Shown in pieces: positions 54,338 to 64,000 of a DNA stretch of 64,000 bases; the first letter of the stretch is position 1, and the number at the start of each line of letters is the position of its first letter. Under the pieces are notes generated by a model that had not been told where the DNA came from, ran no database searches, and saw only the letters and a program-made list of their open reading frames with translations. The position numbers and the translations under genes were made by a program. Origin of the DNA: Rhizophagus irregularis (lineage: Eukaryota). Location of the stretch: the NCBI RefSeq assembly GCF_026210795.1, contig NC_089429.1, forward strand, positions 7,254,001 to 7,318,000. The letters are read 5' to 3'.

Positions 54338-55070
54338 GTCCTATGTGTTTAAAAGACAAAGAAACATATACACATTTATGGAAATGTGAACATTTAGGAC
54401 AAGTAACTGAAACCGGAATATGATAGGTAAATTTCAGCAACACTTACATGAACTGATATTAGCTAATAGTCAAGTGGAAAATGTAAATTCTGATGATATT
54501 TTTAAAGAAATCTTGCGTTGTAGGATTTGGGACTTTAATAAAGCATATAATTTGTCTATGCTAGCAAAAGGTTTTATACATATAGATCTGATTAACTTAT
54601 TTAAGAGTTATAAAATATTAGATAAAGATAAGACAAAGTTATTAGATGGTTTGGTTAATAAATTAATTTTTGACTTTAAAATTTTTATATGGGAGTATAG
54701 AAATGTTAAATTAGCTGATTTAGAACATCAGAAAGGGATCAATGCTAAGATAAAAAAATCAGCCAACAAGTCTAAATTAGTGGCTAACAAATTAGATAAA
54801 ATAGTAAGTTCACGTTGGGAGCTATGGAATAGCTTAGTTTTTGAGAAAGGAGGTCATTGGTCAAATTTTTAGGTCTTTCATGACATGTCACCTTTGACCT
54901 CAAGGTGACAGGTCGGTCTTTTCCTTTTGGAGGGGCAGTGTATTGATAATGTTTAAATTTATTTAGAATACTTTAGTTTATTTAACTTTTGTAAATATAT
55001 TGTATTACTTCAACATTATTATCAATAAACATGATCGCGCCTTTACATAGAAAAAAAAAAAAAAAAAAAA
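54338..55070 (+). mobile_element. 5'-truncated LINE of a second family
   Basis: Begins in CPMCLKDKETYTHLWKC (ORF2 C-terminal zinc finger), ORF ends at 54872, AATAAA and poly(A) at 55051-55070. 16-bp TSD ATATATATTTTAAAAT at 54322-54337 and 55071-55086. Confidence 0.92.
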
Positions 55071-55475
55071 ATATATATTTTAAAATTATTTTATGTTAGC
55101 TAAGTATCTTGATACCTTATTATATATATAAATAAATTGTATATATAATAATAAAATATTTACATTCTAAATTTGTTTTAATTGGTATTTAAATTACAAG
55201 AATATATAACAGAACTTTCTGTATTTTATATAATTAATAAACTCACAAATTGTACTACCTTGTAAAAAAAAAAAATAAAATTACAAGAATATATGCAATT
55301 ATTTACTTTAAAAGGGTTTGATTAGTTTCTTTTAAAGGCTACTATATATTATAATACAACTAAAAAATTTGTAAAAAAAATTTTTTTTAAAAAAAATATG
55401 CAGTATATATTTATTTTTTGAAAACCCATCAAAAAGTTTGATTTTTTAATTTTTTAAAATTTATTTACACCTATA

Positions 55476-58400
55476 TTATTTACCATTGTGATAATTATTT
55501 AACAGTTTTTCTTATTTTTCGTGGAACTGTAATACTGGAATTTTCATTTGCTAGATTACATGATATTTTTTTATTTTGTAATATCATAATAGATTTCCTT
55601 TTTTTTGAATATAAATGTATTATTGCATGATATATTTTTGAAATTATATTATTTGCTAAAATAATTGAACTTGTTGAAAGAGTGAGAAAAGGAATTATAT
55701 CATAATTAACAACTAACTTTATGTAGAAAACCTAAATGTATTTAAAATTCAATGATATTTTAGTTTAATATAATAGTGTATAATAATGTTAAAATTTTAC
55801 ACAAACCTGAATAATAAATCGGGGGACATCATTAATAAAAAATCCAATAAAACTTCCCCAAAAAATATAAAATTGAATTACTTCTGATAGAGGAGCATTG
55901 AATAACATTATACCAGCAACTTGAGAAGAAAGTATATTTAACATTTCAAGGTTAGCACCAGATAATATAGTAAATAATGATGCTATATCAACATTGTTTT
56001 TAAACCATTCATAGAAATATCTGTTTTTTTTAATTTCTTGAAGCATTATAATTACACCCATAACAAAATTAATTATTGTTGGTATCACGCAAAAAATTAT
56101 GCTATAATAAAAATTTTTGCAAAAAATTAAAAAAAATCTAATTTTTAAAATATAAAAAAATTTTTGAAAATAAAGATGAAAAAGATGGATCATACCTTGG
56201 AATAAATAATTGTGGAACATTTTTTCCATTATTCAAAATAAACATAATACTCATGATAAAATTTAAAATAATTAAAGGAAATTTAAATATTACGATATTT
56301 TCACCCTATAAATAAGTAATATATTATTAGTTACGAATAATAATAATAAAAAGTATATGATGTACTTTACCAAAGGATATTTCTTCTTGGCATAAAAATA
56401 AAGGAATCCTAAAATTACTATTCCAATGACAATACCAATTAAATGGAATTTAAAATCATCCAATAAATTTTCTAAATAATAAAGAAAGAATTAAAATTTA
56501 AATAATAAAAAATTTTTTATAATAATAATTATATTTACTATATCTCCGAAATCCAAAGCTAGCTTCTAGATTATTTGTTGTACCAAACCATGAAATTGGA
56601 GTTACTTCTTTGTGTTTAATCAAAATATCTAAGTCTTTTATAATATGATCAACATTTCTTTCATGTGGACTTGTTGTCGATTTAATAGGTAATGATAAAA
56701 GAATTCTTGGAGGTTTTTGGCTATAATCATATTCACAACATTTTATATAATCTAATCTATTAATGTCGACAGGTATTGATTTTGCTAAATCAATTCTTAA
56801 TTGTGATAAAAATCCTCTCCGTCCATCCAATGAAAGTTTCTCAAAAGATTTTGTTCCTTCTTCCGTTAAAGAAAATCTTCCAATAGATTCCTCTAAATAA
56901 GATGAAACATTAAAATTGAATATTAATCAATTTGATTAATTATAATTTTTTTTTAAAAAAAATTTTTTTTACCTGCAAAATTATCTTGGATATTTACTAA
57001 AAGGAATTGTAATTGGTATTAATAAAGAACCAGTATAATTTAGGATATTAAAAATGCTTACTTGTATTAAATTTCCAACGATTTCTTACAACACCTAATA
57101 GTGGATTATTTGACTTCCAATCCCTGACCATATTACCATCAATAACAATATAATAATTTGAGTTTGGTTGATTAAATGTACTTTCCAAAACTTTCATATT
57201 TATTGTCTTTTTATCAGAACTATACGAGAAATATGGTGAATTTCCCGGAACAAATTGACGCAGTATAGGAATATCGTCATTATTAATATATTGATAAATT
57301 GAAACGTTGTTGGTTGATATCGTTACAGACAAATGATATGTAATATTTATGTTTGTGATTGATAAGGGTATACTTGAGTCAATTGATGGATAAGTTGATT
57401 TAATATGCGGATTCTCATATCCTTGATCTAAAGAAATAAAGAAAGATTAATTTTAACTAAAAAAAATAATTATTTGCATATAACAACTTATATTATGCTT
57501 ACCATTAGAGAAAAATTTAGGTAAAGTTGTAAAAGAAATTTTCAAAGTCATTTCATTCTCGAAAGTAACTAAGCGCAGTGACCCATTTAGGGAGGCTGTC
57601 ACTCCAAAAGAACCAGATGATTTCAAACCTGGTGGAAATCCCCAAGTGCCATTATATTTTCCATCATTATCAAGTATTATTCCTTCAATAGTCTTACGTT
57701 GATTATCACGTAAAGTTATTAAATATCCTCCTTGAAATAAACCATTAAAAGTTACTATTTCTGCATTAACAAATTTATCACCAAGTTTTCTCATATCAAA
57801 TACAGAACTAAGAATAAAAAAACCAATCATTAGATATATAATTAAGGTTATAAGAAATATTATAAACAATATAACGAACCCCGAAGTTTGAAATGACAAC
57901 TTTATAACTTCTGACGTATTTTTATCTTCTGCTCTGTTAAACATCAAAAGGCAAGTATTGCCGATCCCTGAAAAAGCAGTATCACAAAAGAAATCCAGTT
58001 CAAAATGAGGTATCGCTGATTGGTAAATTAAGAAAGGGCCATCCACACTCTCCATAACAGGTTTAATAAAACTGACATAAACCTTAAATGTAAATTTAGA
58101 CGGATTGATGAATTCATTAGATTTTATATTGATATCTGTTGAATTTGCATTTACAATACCAAAATTTCCATCAATTGAGGGAAATATGAAATAATAATTA
58201 GATGAACTTTGCAGATAATGTCTTCCTTCGTTTAATAGACTAAAATTTCCTTTATCGTCCCTAATAATCAAAAAGATTAATTAATTTTCATATTTACTTT
58301 ATTACAATTAAAATTATTAAAATAAACATAGTGCATACGGTCTACTGAAATACTTCCACATTACAATATTCTCAGTTTCATAATTAGCAAACATAAAACC

Positions 58401-58973
58401 GCACTCTTCGCTTGTGTGAGTTGTGAGATAGCCGTCGGCGTATATACTTCCATTTATTATAGAGATAGGTGCCACGTATGTATTGCTTGCCAATATAAAA
58501 ATTTTAATAAGCTAATATACATATATCAGTATATACTTAAAACATAATATACATGGATGCGTAACAAACCTAAGAACATATCCTGATCGAGTAATAGATA
58601 ATACATAATAACTTGCTGAAGCGATATCTAAATAAAGTATATTTATAGATCTTGGAAGGGAACGGTTAATGTCAAACCAATAATATCTATGGGGTCCAAG
58701 ACAAAAATTATATTCTGGGATCGGATAATCAACTTTAGCACTATCAATAGTACCATTTGGATGTAAAATGCGAAGATCAATTCGTGGTTCAATACAAGAT
58801 TCATTTATTGGTTTAACTAAATGGACAACCGTTATCCCATCTCTATAACTAAGTACTTTATAGATTTTGAATCCAGGTTCAGTTTCATTATGTAATATCA
58901 CATCATAAGAATATACAGTCAACGGATTTATGAATAATAAGATAAAGTAAAATAAATTTGTCAACAAATTCAT
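55476..58973 (-). CDS. Multi-exon membrane protein, paralog of 44161-47741
   Basis: Same exon order and motifs (HNETEPG, CIEPRIDLRI, VDGPFLIYQ, LESTFNQPN, FLSQLRIDLAKSIP, NDVPRFIIQ). Last exon ends ..NYHNGK* at 55476. Confidence 0.85.
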
Positions 58974-61900
58974 TTTTTAGATTTTAAGAGTAAAAAGCTA
59001 AAATAATCAAATTTAAATATAATTTGTAGTAACACTAGTGTAAGATGTTAAACAATGTATGTAGTAAGATTGCCTTTGTTGTACATCAAAGAATGTTTCA
59101 TGAATGAAACTTACCATTTCCAAACGATACCCTGAGCTGTGTTTCTTGTGTAACGCAAAAAAAAGTCAAAGGATAATGAATAAGCTTTCCAAATCGGTTT
59201 AACCATTTAATATTCGGATGTGAAACTTTCTTTGATCACAAGTCTTTCTTAATCACGAAGTAAAATATTTTTATTAATATGCAGCGATAACAAAGGATTA
59301 TAAAGAATTTCATTATGTGAAATATCTCACCAATCACGTGATTGTGACGGCTAATGCCAAAAAAAAACAATATTTACTTCGCTGTTATGTTCGCTATTAT
59401 TCTTAATATTTTTTTTCAAACTGTTTGAATGATAATAATAATACTTTCTATTGATGTTGTTTCACACCGAAAATACAAACTTGAAGATGTATCACAGTAT
59501 CACTACAAAACAATTTAAAAAAATCACAAAAATTTAAGCGATTTTTATATTATTTATAAATAGTAAATAATAAGCTAAAAAAGTTTTTATATTACATATT
59601 AAAAACAACAAAGTTAAAAATTTTAAATTATACTATAATTTAAAAAATTAATTGTTTTTAAATGTGTAAAATTATAAATTATAAAGAATATGATTTGACG
59701 TAGTTTAATATTTATGTTTCAGTGGAACTCGATAAATGTTCATTTTATCATTTGTTTATTTTAAAAAAATGTATTTTATTTATTTATTTATTTATTTATG
59801 AATTGTTCTTCCACCTTTTTTTTAAAAAGAAAAGGAGAAGTTTTTATTAACAAAAAAGGGAGCGCAGATTAAGGTTAAGTCGGAAATAAGTAATTAATTC
59901 TAGTTTTGAATGTGCAGATGAATAAATTTTACTCATAATGTTTGATTTCTTCATCACAGAGATTATAGATTAAAGGAGGAAATAAGGATTTGATCAATTA
60001 AGCATATTAAATTAAAGAAGGAAGTTTAAAATCATACACTAACAAAGGACGAAGAATGAAGGTCAGTAAGACTCAATCAAATTGTAACTAAAGTTATCTC
60101 CAAAAAGAAATTGATATCTCTCCTATTTGCCCAATTTTTTAAGAATTTAAAGTAGCAGAATAAGAAGCAGGCCGACTAGCATAGCTACAGATCATGGATA
60201 TTGGACGAACTGAATTTTTTTTCTTAACAAGATAGAAAATAATCATATTTGTATTTGATAAGGAAGGAGTCAATGGTATATTTGTTATGTTGAGTTTCTG
60301 GATCTTAAAATGAAGAATTGCAATCATTACAATCATTCGTAAACAATAACCATAAACTGTGATTGGTACTAAGTACTAATCGGATCCTAACGCTTCACAT
60401 AATACAAAATATACAACTTCAATTCTAATAATTAAGGTAAAGTAAGTTTATATATATATAATCTTTTTGGTAAATTTGCATTTATTAATAATGCCTAATA
60501 CTAACTGTAAAAGGTTTTTATAACTTCTTTAGTGGTTCATATATTCTTATTATTAGTTTGTACACTGTAAGATTTAAAAATATTTTAGTGTTTAAATATT
60601 GGAGGTAATTCATTTTTTTTAAAGGAATATTTTTACTTAGACGAAAAAATTTTATATAATTTATTATTTATATAATTAATTATTCTTCCTCAATAAATCT
60701 ATTTTGTAATTATTGTGAGAAAAATTTATATTGTTACAATTTTAATGTTTTTATCTTTTTTTAATAATTTTAATAATTGATCGAAAAAAACCACTCATCC
60801 ACATTAATTCGAAAATTTTATTTTTCGACAAGAATCATTAGGTTAATTCGTATTACTTAAAGCTTAATAATCGTTCAGATTCTTTTACCATTGGTATTGA
60901 CATATGTAATGCTGGGAATGTCGCATATGCATTAGAATTATGAATTTCTCATCAGCAGCCAACCATATTTTAATAGTTTGTCTTGTGATCCCGTTGTAAT
61001 TTTTTTCGTGTGTTTGATTTGTGTATTATATACTTATCATCACACTACAATAGAATGAATAGATCTATTAAGACATAAGAGACACGAAGTGTTAAAGTAA
61101 ATTAAATTACTGAATTCAACAAAAGTTAATTAACCAGCAGATTTAATTTTACCTGTCTAAGATAAGGTTCTAATGTTTATAGTCCGATCTTCAAACTTTA
61201 AAATCTTATTCAATAATTCCAGTAGCTTAAGTATATTCAACGCAAATTTCACATCCTTTAAATTCCTTATTGCCTTCGTTTCATATGCTTCAACATTAAT
61301 TTTTCCATAATCTTGAAGTATTATGATCAGATCATACAATAATATCTATAATTACTATTATTCCATACATTCTTTTTTAAATCAGAAGATATATTATAAA
61401 ATAGTATATAGTTATTGCTATCAAATAATTTCTCTCGCAAAGAAACTAAAAGCTTAGTAAGTTTAATGAGAAAATTTAATAATTTTGAAAATAAAGAAAA
61501 TTTCACAATTCACATACATTATGTCAGAAATGCCATATTTGCCATCTCGAAGATTCCTGATTTGATTTAATAGTTTAGGTTTAAACTATCATCCAGTTAT
61601 CCTATTGTCTCAACCATCTAAAAAAAATAACAGATTAAACGATGTCATGTGAGGCGTATATAAAATTAAAAGAATGTCCTTAAAAATAGACCGGGGGTTC
61701 AGGTTCTTATCCTAGACCGCAACTGTATTAATCACGTGACGATTACTCCGGTTCTGTCCAAATTTAAAAAGGGTTTACTAAAAATAAAGATAACTGGGCC
61801 ACCCTAGATCTCAGTTTTTTTTTTTTTTGAATTGTTTTTCGATTCTAGCATGTAGTTTCCATGTAATTTGTACTGTAGCTTAATTCACTTTTAGGATTAA

Positions 61901-62466
61901 AAATAAAATAAAATAAAATAAAGATAACTGTTAAAATTTTGAAAGAAACATAGAGCTTTTCTTACTATAATATTTATTAATTTGTAATAATCCGATCAAT
62001 TACAAATTTACTTTATAAATTAACTTTATATGAAAAAATTATATATTTTTTTTTCTTTTTCTTTTCTTTTTTTTTCTTTTTTTTATGATACTATATTGTG
62101 CCTACAATTGAATTGTCGTAACATTTTTGGATAAGGTACAGGAACTACTTTATCCATATGGCTTTCAGTTACAAAGGAAAGAATATGAACAGAAAAAAAT
62201 TACAAAATATCAAAATATAGACATGAATACAAATGAATACAAATGAAAAAATGAATATGATAATATGAAATGAAAATTACAAACAATGAATGAAAAGTGC
62301 AAAAAAATTACAAATGACACCAATCTATATAGGTTGATATTAAGATGCAAAGTATGTATATGCTATATATGCAAAAAATGAATGATTATACATGTTTCTA
62401 AGTATATATAAATGAAATGAATTAAATGATTTATAATCCGCAAAATCTAAGAAATTCAACTCGACA

Positions 62467-63144
62467 TTATTGACCGCCACCTCCACGGTATGCTTCAGCT
62501 TCACGTTTTTGGCCGCCACCTCCACGATACGGTTCAGCTTCACGTTTTTGACCGCCACCTCCACGGTATGGTTCAGCATCACGTTTGCCTGCTCCTCGGT
62601 GTGGTTCTGCTTCAGCATCACGTTTTTGGCCGCCACCTCCACGGTATGGTTCAGCTTCACGTTTTTGGCCGCCACCTCCACGGTATGCTTCAGCTTCACG
62701 TTTTTGGCCGCCTCCTCCACGGTATGCTTCAGCTTCACGTTTTTGACCGCCACCTCCACGGTATGCTTCAGCTTCACGTTTTTGGCCGCCTCCTCCACGG
62801 TATGCTTCAGCTTCACGTTTTTGGCCGCCTCCTCCACGGTATGCTTCAGCTTCACGTTTTTGGCCGCCTCCTCCACGGTATGGATCAGCTTCACGTTTTT
62901 GGCCGCCACCTCCACGGTATGCTTCAGCTTCACGTTTTTGGCCGCCACCTCCACGGTATGGGTCAGCTTCACGTTTTTGACCACCACCTCCACGGTATGG
63001 GTCAGCTTCACGTTTTTGACCGCCACCTCCACGGTATGGGTCAGCTTCTCGTTTCTGAAGGGCTACATTATCAAGTTGTAAGGGTGCGGATTGGACGGTG
63101 ATGATGATAGCGAGAAAAAGGAGAATTGCAAAAATGGGCTTCAT
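62467..63144 (-). CDS. Secreted Kex2-processed repeat protein (KEP), alpha-factor-style peptide precursor
   Basis: Likely start MKPIFAILLFLAIIITVQSA (signal peptide, ATG at 63144), short pro-region, then 15 units at 39-bp period of KR-(EA/DA)(EA/DP/EP)-YRGGGGQ, with one variant DAEAEP-HRGAG. Repeat variation is mostly synonymous or confined to the X-A/X-P dipeptides. Confidence 0.93.
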   Translation of the reverse strand: MKPIFAILLFLAIIITVQSAPLQLDNVALQKREADPYRGGGGQKREADPYRGGGGQKREADPYRGGGGQKREAEAYRGGGGQKREADPYRGGGGQKREAEAYRGGGGQKREAEAYRGGGGQKREAEAYRGGGGQKREAEAYRGGGGQKREAEAYRGGGGQKREAEPYRGGGGQKRDAEAEPHRGAGKRDAEPYRGGGGQKREAEPYRGGGGQKREAEAYRGGGGQ

Positions 63145-63346
63145 GGTTTTGTAATTATATGATGAGGGTAAATTAAAGAGTGTACAAGTGGACATACTTG
63201 GCTGATTAATATCGTTTAGTATAATATAAAGGTGAACTCTTCCGGAGAGTATGTCACACTATGAATTATTTGTTTGGTAGATTGGTGTCGAAAAATTAAA
63301 GGAATGAGTTGGAGAAAAAATTTTTTTTAGCGATTTTCAGAGAGTA

Positions 63347-63354
63347 TTTATATA
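63347..63354 (-). promoter_or_regulatory. Candidate TATA box of the KEP gene
   Basis: TATATAAA on the minus strand ~200 bp upstream of the ATG, followed by a pyrimidine-rich tract. Weak evidence in AT-rich DNA. Confidence 0.35.
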
Positions 63355-64000
63355 AGTATCCCATCTATTCCCATTCTCGACTAAGAAGGCTGTGATTACT
63401 TTATTATTAGTGTGACATTCATTCTTTGTGACATCAACAAAGACAAAAAGTTTGGAACAAATAATTTAGTTTCACAGGTTGTTTTCCAAATTTAGCAGAC
63501 AGGCCTAACTAGTATAAATGATGAACATTGTACTTGAAAATGATTGGATATTATTTGCATATTTTGGCATATTAAGATGCGATTATTATAACAGATAACA
63601 ATTTCTTGTTACTTATATTTCTGAACTAGTCTTTCATAAAAGGAAATATGATTAAAACTAACTTTCGATGTTTGTTTATCTCCCAAATTACATCCATAGT
63701 ATTTTAATCTCCATTGTTGTAAACACTAAAGCGATTAAATATAAAAGAGAGAAATATAAAATAATTTACGGTTCTAAATATGAATCATTGGTGCGAATAC
63801 AATTAAGGGGTAAAGTCCTAGGTATCTTTGTCTTTTGAGCATTCATTTTTTTTAAAAACAGAAAAACATAACATATCAGTAAACCATTTTTGTAAAATAC
63901 CGAGTTAAAAAACAAACTCTTTTCTAATGAATCAATCGTATAATAAATAAATTTCCTGTTATAGAGGACAGTGTCATTACTTTTCGGATGATTAATCGTT

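Noticed and set aside
59900..61400. Possible small genes or RiPP tailoring gene next to the KEP
   Set aside because: Only short ORFs with stops; no HxxHC (DUF3328) or other enzyme motif seen.
62340..63101. Three other long ORFs over the 39-bp repeat (62340-63032, 62470-63081, 62490-63101)
   Set aside because: Shadow frames kept open by a stop-free repeat unit. Only the KEP frame has a signal peptide and synonymous-type variation.
63145..63195. Upstream ATG extending the KEP ORF by 17 aa
   Set aside because: The second ATG (63144) directly begins a typical signal peptide and has an A-rich context (AAAACCATG).

Overview
Very AT-rich, intron-containing eukaryotic DNA. The intron style and the gene and transposon families suggest an arbuscular mycorrhizal fungus (Glomeromycotina, Rhizophagus-like); this is an inference. 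0-13 kb holds decayed genes (RNA-dependent RNA polymerase and F-box/LRR pseudogenes, a small Zn2Cys6 ORF) and probable short Helitron derivatives. 13-43.5 kb is a nested transposon block: two hAT families, a full-length 8.1-kb L1-like LINE inserted in a hAT, an Academ/DUF6589-like element with 9-bp TSDs and a RING-tailed transposase, and several MITEs/foldbacks. Swapped flanks indicate an ~18-kb inversion between two hAT copies. About 20 copies of one ~100-bp palindromic module occur inside elements with unrelated termini. 44-59 kb carries two convergent paralogous multi-exon genes for large-ectodomain multipass membrane proteins. At 62.5-63.1 kb is an intact secreted, alpha-factor-style (KR + EA/DP dipeptide) repeat precursor predicted to release 14 copies of YRGGGGQ and one HRGAG. 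All coordinates were read by eye and no database searches were run.
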